Shown here: piece after piece, positions 1-13,579 of the stretch
How positions within the stretch are numbered: position 1 is the stretch's first letter
How the letters are laid out: every line of letters begins with the position of its first letter
Assembly: GCA_043228905.1 (NCBI GenBank)
Contig: JBHGNT010000013.1
Location: 10,850,001 to 10,914,000 of the forward strand
DNA length: 64,000 bases
Source: Azolla caroliniana
Lineage: Eukaryota; Plantae; Polypodiophyta
Direction of reading: 5' to 3'
Made by a program: the position numbers and the translations under genes
The notes under the pieces: model-generated
Database searches by the model: none
Told to the model about the DNA's origin: nothing
Seen by the model: only the letters and a program-made list of their open reading frames with translations

Positions 1-3000
1 CGGGGAAGACAACGGAACCGGAGTCCGCAAAGACGGGAGAAGTCGGGGACCCGGTCGCAGTCAAGAGGAAGGCCCACACGCTTCCACTATGGGAAGCCGG
101 GGCACTTCCGGAAGAACTGTCGGCATTACCGAAAAGACAACGGAGCCGACGACACCGATTTGAAGAAGTCACCGGAGCGAAACGGTGCATACCGGGGAGC
201 CACGGACCGGAGAGGTCCGGATCGGCGAGGGCAGGACCGGAAAGGAACGACGGCACTCGCGGCAAGTGAAGAAGAGATAATGCTCATTACCGAAGAGAGG
301 GAGCTGAACCTTGCCGGTGAAGAGATGACCTGGGTGGTCGATTCCGGAGCGTCGTTCCACCTGACCCCGGAGAAGAAATACTTCTCATCCTACACAGCCG
401 GTGAGCACGGCTGTGTTCGGATGGGAAATGAAGGTACATGCTGGATTGCCGGCATAGGAGACGTGTGGCTGATGACATCAACCAGATGCAAGATGGTGCT
501 GAAGGATGTTCGACACGTTCCGGAGGTTCGATTGAACCTGATTTCGGCCGGGAGGCTAGACGATGAAGGCTACACAGGTAGCATCCGGAACGGTGTCATG
601 AAGTTCAGCAAAGGGAGCCTGATAGTGGCTCGGGCCCGGAAGGTCAACACACTGTACCTGATGAATTCCCGGCTATGTCCGGAGGAGCTGAACGTGGCAG
701 TTGACACTGCCGGTGAGCTGTGGCACAAGAGACTGTGCCACATGAGCGAGAAGGGGATGAAGAGGCTTGCAGAAGACAACCTTATTCCAGTGAAGCATGT
801 GTATCTGGAGAAGTGCACCGATTGCCTGGCCGGTAAGCAGAACCGAGCCTCCTTCCACTCAAGGCCACCGACGAGACGTAGCGCACCATTGGAGTTGGTG
901 CATACTAACGTGTGTCAAGTAGAAACGAAGTCACATGGCGGAGCCCAGTACTTCGTGACATTCATTGATGACCACAGCCAGAAGCTGTGGACGGCACCGT
1001 TGAAGACAAAGGACCAAGTGTTGTGCGTCTTCAAAGAACTCCACGCGAGAGTGGAAAGGGAATCCGGCAAGAAGCTGAAAGCGATACGAGCGGATAACGG
1101 AGGGGAATACCGGGGGCAGTTCGCGGAGTACTATCGCTCGAAGGGAATCCGGCTTGAGTTTATTGTGCCGAAGACGCCGGAACTGAACGGGCTGGCCGAG
1201 AGAATGAACCGGACCATAATGGAGAGGGTTCGGAGTATGCTGGCGCATGCGAAATTACCCAAGGGCTTTTGGGCTGAGGCAATGTCGACGGCGACATACG
1301 TGATAAACAGATCACCCTCAGTACCTTTGGACGGAGACACGCCGCAGAGAGTGTGGACCGGTAGGGAAGTATCCTACCGGCATCTGAAGGTGTTCGGGTG
1401 TCTCGCATATGTGCATGTGGCAAAGGACCGGAGAGGAAAGCTAGATCCAAAGACCCGACCATGCATATTCCTCGGTTACGGCGACGACGAGTTCGGCTAC
1501 CGAGTATGGGACCCGGTCAACAAGAAGATATTCAGGAGTCGTGATATCATCTTCATGGAGGACAAGACACTCGCCGACTGGGAGTCGGAGAAGAAGATGA
1601 AGAGCTCCAAGTCGACCGGTGAGGATCAACTCTATGAGGAGCAGTCCCGACCGGCAAGGGACCGGTTAGCACTCGAGGATCCGGCCAAAGACGGTGAAGA
1701 AACAGAACCGGCCGAGGAAGATGAAACTGATACCGGAACCGGCCCCGATCCCGAAATGGATTCGGATGAAGAGGAAACGAAAGAGCCAGTTACCGAAGCT
1801 CCGGAACGGAGATATCCTCTAAGAGAGAGAAGGGCCCCCCCGGAGATTTCCGGAACCAGAGCACGTGCTGCTAACCGACGAGGGGGAGCCGGAGAGTTTT
1901 GAAGAAGCAAAGCTTGACACCCATAGCCGCAGGTGGTTAAGTGCCATGCAGGAGGAGATGGATTCCCTGCATGAGAACCACACATATGAACTTGTGGAGT
2001 TGCCGAAAGGAAAGCGGGCACTTCGGAACAAGTGGGTGTTCAAGCTGAAACCGGGAGATGCCGAAAACCCCCCGAGATACAAAGCCAGGATCGTGGTGAA
2101 GGGGTTCCAGCAGAAGAAGGGCGTCGACTTCGACAAAATATTTGCCCCGGTAGTGAAGATGACCTCCATCCGGACGGTGCTGAGCATAGCGGCAAGCATG
2201 GACCTCGAGGTAGAACAGATGGACGTGAAGACGGCATTCCTTCACGGTGACCTCGAAGAAGAGATCTACATGCAGCAACCGGAAGGATTCGAGAAGAAAG
2301 GGAAGGAGCACCTGGTATGCCGGTTGAAGAAGAGCCTTTACGGACTGAAGCAGGCTCCCCGGCAATGGTACCGGAAGTTCGACTCCTTCATGACCGACGA
2401 AGGGTACCACAAAACGCAGTCCGATCACTGCGTGTTTGTGAAGAAGTTCGAAGGAGGAGACTTTCTAATACTCCTCCTATACGTGGACGACATGTTGATC
2501 GTCGGACGGGACCAGGTCAAGATACGGACGCTGAAGAAAGCGCTTCACCGAACCTTCTCAATGAAGGACCTGGGTCCGGCGAGGCAAATACTAGGGATGC
2601 ACATCATCCAGGACCGGAAGAAGAAGCAGTTGTGGCTGTCACAGGAGAAGTACGTGACAAAGGTGCTTCACCAGTTCAACATGTCGGAAGCAAGACCGGT
2701 CGGGTCAACCCTCCCGGCAAATTGCAAGTTGTCCAGCAAGCAAAGCCCCAAGACAAAGGCTGAGAAGGAGGACATGATGAAAGTACCATATGCCTCTGCC
2801 GTCGGAAGCTTGATGTACGCAATGGTGTGTACAAGACCGGACATAGGATATGCAGTTGGAGTGGTGAGCCGGTACATGAGCAATCCCGGCAAAGAGCACT
2901 GGAACGCGGTCAAGTGGATACTCCGATACCTGAAGGGCACGGCAAACGTGTGCCTCCGATTCGGCTCCGGTAAGCCCGAACTCGACGACTTTACCGATTC

Positions 3001-3457
3001 GGATATGTCAGCTGATGAAGATACCAGCCGGTCCACATCAGGGTATGTGATGACGTATGCAGGGGGAGCTGTTTCGTGGCAGTCGAGGCTGCAGAAGACG
3101 GTTGCGTTGTCAACCACGGAGGCGGAGTACATGGCGGCTGTTGAAGCCGGCAAGGAAATAATATGAATGAAGGACTTCATTAGAGAGCTCGGTATCCGGC
3201 AAGAGGAGTACTGACTCTACTGCGACAGTCAGAGTGCCATCCACCTTGCGAAGAACGCGGCCTATCACTCCCGGACGAAGCACATCCAGCGAAGATATCA
3301 CTGGATCCGGGAAAGGATAGAAGACCAGGAGTTCGTGCTGACGAAGATCCACACGGACGAGAACGGGTCAGATATGCTGACCAAAGTGCTCACACCCGAC
3401 AAGCTAGAAGCGTGCCGGAAGAGGATCGGATTGGAGAAACATCCCATGCCGAAGTGA
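1..3457 (+). pseudogene. copia gag-pol polyprotein with one frameshift and nonsense mutations
   Basis: ORFs 160-1902 and 1865-3166 are joined by a frameshift at the C7 run near 1835-1841. RT motif LYVDD is present. In-frame TGA codons at about 3164 and 3212 fall in RNaseH (CDSQSAIHLAKN, KHIQRRYHWIRE). Confidence 0.92.
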
Positions 3458-3467
3458 AGGGGGAGTT

Positions 3468-4137
3468 TGTTGGGATTACGGTCCCTCCGGATGGGATGGT
3501 CAGATGTCCGGAGATGAATGACGGCAAGCCCGGTTGCGATTACGGAACCGGAGGTTGAAGAGTACCCGGCATGAAGCCGGATGAAGAGACCCCGGCTACG
3601 GAGCCGGATGACGGCTACGGAGCCGGATGATGAAGACCCCGGCTACGGAGCCGGATGATGAATGTACCCGGAGAGAGATCCGGATGCGGGGACATATTTG
3701 TGAATATGTTTGCCAAGGGCCCTTGAGGCTATATTTGTAAATAGCCCGAAAGTCATATGTGTATAAATATGACTTAGGGCAAACAGTTTGTTGTTGTTGC
3801 TGCTCATTTTTCTGTTTTCCACTTAGGGGGAGCGAAGTGAGAACAGCAGAAAGAGAGAGAGAAAGGAAGAGGTTGACGCCTCTGTGTAATACCGCCGCCT
3901 GTGGCGAGGACAGCGAGCTCAAGGTCGTCGCCTTGCAGCTCGCCATTGTACATTCCCTGCGTATAGTGATAGTTGGAGTCTTGCACTCCCGTGGTTTTTC
4001 CCGTCTAGGGTTTTCCACGCTAAACCCTGTGCCTTCGAGTCTCTCTCTGTGTTGTTGATTTACTGTTGCATTGATCCGTGTCTTCTCGGTTGTGGCCGAG
4101 AGGAGAAGTTTTTTCTTGGAAGCGTCATTATCCATCA
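3468..4137 (+). repeat. copia 3' LTR
   Basis: Follows the PPT, has TG...CA ends, TATAAAT near 3762 and CCGG-rich short repeats in U3. The GGGTTTTCCACG motif is shared with the other copia LTRs in the window. Confidence 0.85.
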
Positions 4138-4334
4138 GGTACTCCTCATCCCGTTCTCACCGGGTCTGCATCATCCGGCTCTCCGTAGCCGGGTACTCCT
4201 CATCCAGTTCTCACCGGGTCTGCGCCATCCGGCTCTCCGTAGCCGGGTACTCCTCATCCCGTTCTCACCGGGTCTGCACCATCCGGCTCTCCGTAGCCGG
4301 GTACTCCCCATCCGGAGGGACCTGTCTCCCAACA
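4138..4334 (-). repeat. U3 start of another copia LTR (opposite strand) with about 3.3 copies of a 54-bp repeat
   Basis: The reverse complement begins TGTTGGGAGACAGGTCCCTCCGGATG, similar to the LTR at 23398. It appears to have been interrupted by the copia at 1-4137. Confidence 0.8.
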
Positions 4335-6262
4335 CATTTGATCATCAAAAACTAATCATATTGGGGCCTAATCGGTTACGACTATTAACTAAATGTCTCT
4401 CAAGCATTTGAAGATTCAATCCGAATAGATATAATTTCTGATGAATTTTCTCAAGATATATTGAATCATATAATTTCAGATCACACTTCTTCTTCAAGCT
4501 CCAAGAATCCTCGTAAAGATTATAACTAGTTTAAATGGGAAATGGTTTACTTTTTCGCAACACTCTTTTGTATGTCCCAAATGGTTCGTCTCGACTTCAA
4601 GTAATGTAATATTGTCACGACAATCCAATGGCCAGGCATGTTGGAATCCACAAAACTTTGTATCTAGTTTCTTGAAACTATTGTTTGCCTCACCTTCGAG
4701 AGTTTGTTGAAGATTATGTTTGTAGTTGTGATGTGTGTTGTCGGTCAAAGATTCCACGACATCGACCATATGGGTTATTATAACCATTTCCAGTTCCTAC
4801 TGGTCCGTGGAAATCCATCTCGATGGATTTCATTACAGATCTTCCAATTTCGAAGAGTTTTGATGCTATTCTCACTATAGTAGATCGATTCACAAAGATG
4901 GCGCATTTTCTTCCATGCATGAAAACCATCAACAGTAAAGAAACTGTAGACATCATTATGAAAGAAGTATTTCGGCTTCATGGTCTTCCAAATGACATCA
5001 TTAGTGATCGTGGCCCACAATTCATCTCAAAATTTTGGAAACACTTGCTTGAGATGCTCAAAATCTGTTGTAAAATTTCGTCAAGCTATCATCCACAAAG
5101 TGACGGTCAAACCGAGTAGATGAATCAAATACTAGAGCAATATCTTCAGTGTTTCATCAATTACCAACAGGATGATTGGGTGGATTTTTTACACTTTGTA
5201 GAGTTTGCATACAATAATTTAATTCATTCCTCAACATGGTATACTCCATTTTTTGCAAACATAGGATATCATCCTAGTTGGACAATGATGACACATCCAA
5301 AAATCTCGAAAAATCCTGATGTTGAAGATTGTCTGCGTCAACTCCAAGACGTGCATGTTGCACTTTCTCAACATTTGCAAACTACTCAAGCCACACACAA
5401 AAAAGTCGCAGATCGTCACCGTCTCGACTCTTCACCAAAGGAACTGAAGTTTCGAATTAGGGATCGTGTATGGTTACTACGACGCAATGTGAAGACTACT
5501 AGATCTTGTGACAAGTTGGATTATGAACGACTTGGTCCATTTATTATCTCCAATCAGATTAATGATGTTGCATTCCGCCTTGATCTACCTCCACAATTGC
5601 ATCTACATCCGGTATTTCATGCCTCATTGTTGGAACCCTACATTGGTAGTTCCGTTCCAAATCGGGTTGTTCTACCCCCACCTCCAGTTCAACTTGTTGA
5701 TGGCCCAGAATTTGAAGTCAAAGCTATTTTGGACTCCAAGATAATAAGTAAAAAGCTTTATTATCTCGTGGATTGGTTAGGATATACACCAAATGATTGT
5801 ACTTGGGAGCCAGCTGAGAACCTTGATAATGCCTCTAACTCGGTGGCTGAATTTCATCGCCAATATCCAGATAAGCCAAACTTGTGGAACTCATTGTCAA
5901 AGGAGAGGGATGGTGTCATGTGCATATAAAACTCAATAAGCTTTATGGTGATTCGAACCCATGACCTCCTCAAAGAAGGCATACAACCCCAACCATTAGG
6001 ATACATCATATTGTATACACCAATAGGAAATATATATAATAATATTATTGAAACGTCGCCACCTTGCATAGGCTAACACATGATTGCCAAGGGGCATGCT
6101 TGCATGAATGCCAAGTAGCGATCATGTGTGCCTATGAGGCGGCGAGCATGCATGTATCCAAACCATGCTATATAAACATGTATTTGACTATTGATCTTTC
6201 ATATCTTTCGCATCTCATTCTCTTCTTCATTTTAAAACTCGTTCCTAGCTTTGGCCCTGACA
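4335..6262 (+). mobile_element. Ty3/gypsy chromovirus (Tcn1-like) 3' remnant: integrase, chromodomain and 3' LTR
   Basis: Integrase motifs MDFITDLP, SDRGPQF and YHPQSDGQTE, a GPF motif and the chromodomain FEVKAILDS..YLVDWLGY..TWEP. PPT AAGGAGAGGGATGG precedes LTR TGTCA (5914) to TGACA (6262). Internal stops are present. Confidence 0.93.
5944..6010 (-). promoter_or_regulatory. tRNA-like Pol III A-box/B-box cassette in U3 of the LTR
   Basis: A-box TATCCTAATGG starts at 6003. GAGGTCATGGGTTCGAATC has G53 at 5958, a spacing of 45. A T4 run lies at 5931-5928. Confidence 0.7.
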
Positions 6263-7590
6263 GCTTCTACTAACATCGGGGGCAGACTGAACTCTGCTCT
6301 AATAATGTCATGTGGTACTGTCGATTTGCTTCGGAGTTGACGTGATAACATCGTCACCAAATGTCTCTCTCATTGCATCCACATGAAAGATGGTAGACCT
6401 AGAGCCCATACTACTGATGCATACATGAGGGAAGGGGTCACTAATGAGTTGAAGAGCCATCCCTTAGTCCTTGGCTCTTGAAAGTATGCCTAGTGGCATT
6501 GTCTCTCTGAGAGTGAGAGGGATGCATACCCTCTCGTTAGCCTATCTTTGGTTGCTTGGGTCATTGAGAATTTACTTGAGCGAGCACTAAAAGTGATTGC
6601 CAAGTATACATATGATCCAACTACCTCAACTAGTTTATGAGAGAGGATTAGGTGACATTTACTCCTAACTCGGGACGATGTATGAAAGATAAGGACTTTA
6701 GTTTTCGCTAGATTCACTACTAGTCCTCGTTGTGTACAAAAGTCATCTAGGGCATTAAGATGCTTTTGTAGGTCGTGTTCTGACTCCGAGAGCAAGACAA
6801 TGTCGTCTGCGTAGAGTAAGAGACTAACTTGCGTATCCCCAATAGCTACTCCCTTGCCTCCCTTACGAGCAATAAAATCAGTTATCTCATCAATGTAGAT
6901 CCCAAAAAGAGTCGGTGATAGGGGGCAACCCTGTTTTACACCAATGGTGCTAGTGAAACAATCGGATAGGCCACCTGGGCATCTTACGCACCCAAAGACT
7001 TGCTCATATAGGGCATAAATGGCCTAGATCATGTCATTTGTTATCTCCAAGCTCTTAAGTCTATCAAACAACTTATCCCTAGGAACTGTGTCAAAGGCTT
7101 TGCGGAAGTCCACAAAGCAACAATATAGTTTCTTCTTACGAGCCTTCGTCTGGTCAATTAAGCACTTAAGTGTGAAGATGTGGTTAGTAGTGGAGAAGGC
7201 TCGTCTAAAGCCAACATGCTCAGGTGCTCGAAGACTTAATGTTTCCATATAATCGTTGAGCTCCGCTTCCATTACCGCACCATATAGTTTAGCGAGCATA
7301 TGACCTATCATAATGGTCCTATATGTATTTGGGTCCATTGGGTCCCCTCCTTTATGTATAGAGGCCACTGTGTTCATGGTCCATTGTGGTGGAAAACCCT
7401 CGGCGAGGGCGCGGTTGAAGATTAGAGTGAGAAAGGAGGCTAGGCACTCTCGAGCATATATGATGTGCTCGGCTCACAATCCTGTGTGGTCCATGGATTT
7501 CCTATGTTGTAAATTTTTTATGACCTTTGTGACCCTAGAGGTCATGAAAAGTGTCCCCATGTTAGGTCGGGGTGTGGAAGGCATAGTACA
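6263..7590 (-). mobile_element. non-LTR retrotransposon (RTE/RTEX-like) RT fragment, degenerate
   Basis: Motifs YRTIMIGH..AKLY, GFRRAFST, CFVDFRKAFDTV, GVKQGCPLSPTLF and LLYADDIVL, with stops. Confidence 0.9.
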
Positions 7591-8284
7591 CCGTATCGAC
7601 ACTAGATTTACCATTGAAGAGGAATGGTCATTACTATTATGTCCAATATCTATGGCCTAAGCACACGTATAGTACATGTGAAAGAATATATCAAAAGTAT
7701 CACAAGTTGTAAATCACATGATGAGGAGTTTTTCAATTAACGAATACCATATTGATGGTACTGATAGAAGAATCTTCAAACATACTTGAAAGCTCATTCT
7801 GAAAGCAGTGAAAAATCACGACATGAAATGTCTTATATTTAAAACAATTGGTGCAAGAAGCCACAAATGACAAAGCTCATAATGAAGCAAAATATATAGA
7901 ATCATGCAATTTAGAAAGCTCATATTCGAGAATAGGTTATGAGAAACACAACATATTGATAAAGCTCAAATCACATGATGAGACTCAACACATGTTTCTT
8001 AAATCCCAAAACAAAGATAAATAGATGGCATGGTGGAAGAAAGTACTTACCAGGCCCAAGTACCCAGTAGTTATTCTGATGTAGGTGTAGGTGTGGGTGT
8101 AGGTTTTGGTTCTGATGCACTTGCTGATGCAAGTGTTGCAGGTTTCAAATTTTGAAAATTTGAGGAAAAAGAATTTATGCAGGGTTTTAATAATGTTGAA
8201 GTTGTGCTCGGTGTCGTGATGTTTCTAACACAGTGTGAAACCACCTCAAAAAGAAGCAAAATAGTAGTTTAAATAAACTAGTAT

Positions 8285-10089
8285 TGTGAAGTCAACTTTA
8301 TTGGTAGCAAAAATACTTTTTCATTTTGCCAAAGATAATTCCTTCTAAATAAAAGGTCAAAGGATTGAACCTTACAATAAATAATGATGAATATTATATT
8401 AGAGGCGGTTTTCAAAAGTAGAGAAAAAGATGGAGGGAAAAAAAAAAGCACACGTGGATATGAGGACTTAGGAGCACAGTAGAGAAAAAAGCTTATAATT
8501 TCCTTGTCAGATGTCCAAATGAGAAAAGAAAAGATTCATAAGAAAGCTAACCCAAAGAGCTTTCAAGAATATTTTGGATGTGAAATTTGGGGCTAGAAAA
8601 TAGAAATAGTGAGGAAAAGAAAAGTCGACTCATATATACAAGTGTTTTTTTAGGGGAAAAAGCAAGCAATCCTAAACCTATAAATAAGAGCCTATTCTAG
8701 TGAAGAAGGGGGGGGAGGGAGAAGGAACGCAAAAGCTCTACTCAATTGAAAGTTAAAAGAAGAAGGATCAACAACATAGAGAGGCATCGTCAACAAAGAA
8801 TCACCTTCTTCTATATTCCACTCTCTTCTTTCCTCCACCTCTCTTCCCCCTTCCTTTATAAATTACCTCTCATTATCATATTAAACCCGTTGTAAAATTG
8901 ATTTTTATTTTATAAAAGAATCTATTATATTGTAATAAACTAATGTTTGGTTTCACCTACGTGTCTTATATGTTATTGTCATTTGTGCTTATTTGTTTGT
9001 GTGTCTTGTGACAAGGGAGCGTTTCGGGCTTGCCCATGCACCTCTCCTTTCACAAAGGCATTCAAACTTACATGTCTTATATGTTATTATCATTTGTGCT
9101 TATTTGTTTGTGTGTCTTGTGACAAGGGAGCGTTTTGGGCTTGCCCATGCACCTCTCCTTCCACAAAGCATTCAAACTTACGTATCTTATATGTTATTAT
9201 CATTTGTGCTTATTTGTTTGTGTGTCTTGTGACAAGGAAGCGTTTCGGGCTTGCCCATGCACCTCTCCTTTCACAAAGGCATTCAAACTTACGTGTCTTA
9301 TATGTTATTGTCATTTGTGTTTATCTGTTTGTGTGTCTTGTGACAAGGGAGCGTTTCGGGCTTGCCCATCCACCTCTCCTTTCACAAAGGCAATCAAACT
9401 TTCGTGTCTTGCTTGTGTGTTCGTGCGACTTGTGGCAAGGGAGCGTTCAGGCTTGCCCATGCACCTCTCCTTTTACGAAGGCGTTCGAAATTGTGTCTCC
9501 CGTGTGTAAACCTTGCTTGTGTGTTCACATGTCTTGTAAGAAGGGAGCGTTCAGGCTTGCCCATACACCTCTCTTTTCACAATGGCATTCGAAACTATGT
9601 CTCTCGTGTGTGTAAGTAAGCATTTTCCTTGTGTGTTCGTGTGTCTTGTAACAAGGGAGCATTCGGGCTTGTCCATGCACCTCTCTTTTCACAACGGCAT
9701 TCGAAACTCTGTCTCTCGTGTGTGTAAGTAAGGCTTTTCCTCGTGTGTCCATGTGTAAGCCTTCCTCACGTGCATTCGTTCACCTTGTGACTAGGGGTTG
9801 ATTCGGGCTTGCCCATGCACCTCTCCTTTTCACAAACACGTTCGAATACTCGTGCCTTTTCCTCGTGTGTCCATGTGTAAGCCTTCCTCACGTGCATTCG
9901 TTCACCTTGTGACTAGGGGTTGATTCGGGCTTGCCCATGCACCTCTCCTTTTCACAAACACATTCGAATACTCGTGCCTTGTTTGTGTAAGCCTTCCTTG
10001 TGTTGTGCGCATGAGCCCTATTTCCCTCCCGTCCATAACCTCGGCGGTTCCGCCTCACGATCCGCACATAGTGACGGATTTTCATGACA
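8285..10089 (+). mobile_element. long gypsy-type LTR-like sequence (left boundary uncertain)
   Basis: CCTATAAATA near 8677. The 3' end GTCCATAACCTCGGCGGTTCC...CATGACA resembles the U5 end of the solo LTRs at 49263 and 60886. No TSD was found. Confidence 0.5.
8960..10010. repeat. tandem array of about 9 units of roughly 111 bp with a conserved hairpin core
   Basis: The core TGTGACAAGGGAGCGTTTCGGGCTTGCCCATGCACCTCTCCTTTCACA starts at 9007, 9118, 9228 and 9339, followed by five more diverged copies. Confidence 0.95.
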
Positions 10090-10392
10090 CCGAGTTAGGT
10101 TTGAAGGACCGGGTTAGGATTATAGGATTATAAGGCCTGGGTTAGGTGAAAGGACTCCAGGTTAGGATTATAAGATTACAAGGCCCGGGTTAGGTAACCA
10201 AATGGCATCATCACTGCCCGGGTTAGATGTGACAGGGGCTCGTCAGACCTGGGTTAGGTTTTACGCGCGTCCTTTTTATAGATAGAGATCGAACGGTGCA
10301 TATCACACGCGCCATTCAAAACGTGTTATGCACCGTCTATGTCTGAGATTTCCTCACCAAGACTAATTATTATTTGGTAGCAAATAGAAACG
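10090..10392 (+). mobile_element. right end of a Mutator-like element with GGGTTAGG subterminal repeats
   Basis: About seven (CCG)GGTTAGG motifs, then GAGATCGAACG..CGCGCCAT..TGCACCGTC..ATTTGGTAG, homologous to the MULE right end at 38060-38150. Confidence 0.6.
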
Positions 10393-10394
10393 TC

Positions 10395-10435
<41 letters not shown>

Positions 10436-13400
10436 ATGTAAGAGTGATCGTATATATGTATGTAAGTATGTATGTGCAAGTGTATAAAAGATATGCAAGG
10501 TATATATTTATGAAAGAAATATAAATTTGTGCTTGAGCATATGTGCACTTGAGTTTAGGTACATATAAATGTATTAGAATTTAGTATACAAGGATTTGTA
10601 TGTGTGTAGGAAGGAAGTTGAGTTTCTGCTTAATCAAATTGGGTAGTGTATAATTGTGACTGTGAGAGTTTATGGTTGCATACAAACTAAGTGTGTGTAT
10701 TTATGTGTATGTCTTTGTTTGAAGTGAATATAAATATATATATGTATGTATTTAAATATTAACGTGATAATGTGAGTTTATGTGCATATGTTTCGAGCTT
10801 CAAATGCTAATGTATGTGTTAGTAAATTATTGTTTGGGTGATACATACGTGTATACTATATGTGTAAGTTAAAATGTGTTTGTGACAATGGTTAATTATG
10901 TTAGTAATTGGAAGGTATTTCAAGAAAGGGGAAAGGGGTTTAAGCTTAAGTGGCTTGGGGTCTTAGAAGAATTATAAGTGTAAAAAGTAAACTACGGGAA
11001 AAGAAAGATAGAAATTTATAATAATAAGTAATAACACCAAGTGACGTGGGAGGTAGCAACCAACGGGGTAGGTGGCATCAAATATCATCAGTTTATATCC
11101 AATGACAACCATCCGTCAACAATGTCAGCATCGAGCAGTGACAACTGCGACAACACTTGAGGGCATACGACAAAGGAGACGGCAAAGACGGGCGTCAACC
11201 AATAGTAAATGCATTCGGATGTAGAACTAACGGTCGATGACACTAGATGGAGATGAGACGAATGACAAAGATGGCAACAACATGTGACAGTGGGTGACTA
11301 CGAGGTGTAGACGATGGCAAATGACAACGGGTGGCTAGTTTCCTGACACGATAGACTGAAGATTCATCTTTCACCAATTTTGCTCCAAATCACATAACTT
11401 CACACCTTGATCTCATATTTTGAGTTGGAAAGTCTAACATGATCCTCATTTAATCATGAATAAAATATAATCAAAAGATTTGGAATATGTCCAATTTTTT
11501 TATCTTTGGTATATGTGAACCTCTAAAATTTACAAAAGTTTTGAGCTATGTATACATGTGATGTGATCTCTAAGTTTTTTCAGACTCTAAAATTGTTTGG
11601 ATACTTTTTTCACTCTACGTATATGATGCTAATAGATTATGTTGATTGCATAATATTACAATCAATGTTTGATGCAAATAGATTTGCAGGTTGATATGGT
11701 ACCAAAGAAAGTGTCTATAGTTTGGATCTTATCATACTCATACAAGATATTAGATGTTATTCTCTCGTGATCAAATATTTGTTTGAACAATTTCCTTCTC
11801 TTTTGAAAGTTGTCTATAGTGGTCTTTAGATGGGCAATTTATTGTTTTAAGAGGCATTGTATAATTTGAATGTAGGAATTGCGTGATTATTCAAGTTTGT
11901 AATGCCAAATTGTCTAATTTATGTTTATTATTCCACATCTAGTTTTGCAGGTACATCAAGATTTTCAAGCATTTTGGCATGTTCATGTTTTATTTGGATA
12001 ACTTGTATTATGGTACTCTCAAGATTGTGAGCATGGGTTTTTTATTCATGACTATGTTATGGCCCCCATAACTTGGCTTATTCACATTATTTCATGAATT
12101 CGGCTTATTCTTTTACTTTGATATGCGAGGCACCAAAATATCATAGAAATATAATCATATACTTTCAGAATATGATGATTGAATGTATTTGAAAATTTGA
12201 AATCTGAGATAGTAGTTGGACTGAAATCTGAAATCTGAAATCTAATAGTAATTTCACGTCTATATCTGAAATTCATGGCTTTACTCATTTCTTCATTGTC
12301 AGATTTGCATATAAGAGCTAGGTATATATGTATGTGATCAAGGCATATATCATCACCCATTATAAGCATAGATAACGGTCATTATGGCACATTGAAATAT
12401 CCAAATATAAGCATAGATAACGGTCATTATGACATATTGAAATATCCAAATATAATGGTATGCCCAATTATAGAGTTCCAGAGTGTGGCTTCCTACAAAC
12501 TTGCCATACCTTTAAAATCCTTATAAAGGCTCAGACATACATACATACATACATACATATAAGAAGGATCCAATCATATCTCTAAATCAACATCACGAAA
12601 TGTGCTAACATCAAAATGGAACCATTCACATATCTAAACTCATTCACTAACTATCAATTTGATTGATGGTATTGACATACATAATTGCGATATCCTAAAA
12701 ACTATTGACAACTGAAAAGATTCAAGTCAACTATAAATAATACAATAGGTGAATCCGAAAACAATCGACAATGGAAGGTGAATCTTATTCTAGTAACCAT
12801 CTCAATGGACTTGTGGATTGAGAAATTTGACCATTGTTCAAATCAATGTTGTTCTCTTTTGCCACCGTTTGCAAACCCTTCATATCAATTGTCTTGATGG
12901 CCTTTGTCGATAACCTCATCTTCACAACACGGCTGCCTTCTTCCCACCCAAGGATTTTGTATTGCAAATTCACTTGTTGGAGCTTCTTTGTCTTGTGGTG
13001 AGAGAAGGAAACCTTGTACCCATTGTTCCTTCTCTAACCAATCATATCACAAACTCTACCTATAATTCAAAGCACAATCTCTCTCTCTCTCTCAAACACA
13101 CACACACACCTTCACACGTGTATGCCTTATTCACACGTGAAAACTTCACACTTCGAAGTGTGGATATCCCATTCTTAGGAAGGATCTACACACATCAAGA
13201 AAACTTTTGTACTTAGGTCCAATGGGTTTGGCCTCTCAATGGACGCTAAAAAAGATCTAATCTCTTATCGCTCACTCAACATACACACACATGTCTCTTG
13301 ATCTATTTTGCTTAAGATCTCGTTATAACCATGAATCAATCCATTTATCTCTCATACATAAACACACACATTCATACCACCCATGTCTTAGTCGCAATCT

Positions 13401-13579
13401 AGTATTAATCAATAGTTAGGGCATCATGTGAAATCATGGACGATAGTTTAACTTACAAAACCTGCATCACAAGATTTTGCTACTTTTATTTTAGGTTATA
13501 GATAGCATTTGCATTATGTTTTGGACAAAGGTTGTTTCACACATTTTAACAACACATTTCCCTATACTTCCCTCTCTTC

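Larger units (their letters stand above)
1..4137 (+). mobile_element. Ty1/copia LTR retrotransposon (Tnt1/Tork-like), 5' part outside window
   Basis: Domain order is gag zinc knuckle, PR (WVVDSGASFH), GAG-pre-integrase, INT, RT, RNaseH. PPT GAAGGGGGAG precedes an LTR that runs TGTTGGG (3468) to TCCATCA (4137). Confidence 0.95.

Noticed and set aside
8960-10010. CRISPR-like array, or the Cys-rich ORFs 8947-9615 and 9135-9509
   Set aside because: The linkers are homologous to each other rather than unique spacers, there are no cas genes and the context is eukaryotic. The ORFs are translations of the tandem repeat.
10090-10260. Interstitial telomeric repeats
   Set aside because: The GGGTTAGG motifs are dispersed with 15-30 bp spacers and lie next to a MULE end; they are not tandem TTTAGGG.
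10393-11348. Possible additional solo LTR ending TTCCTGACA
   Set aside because: No matching 5' terminus or TSD could be identified.
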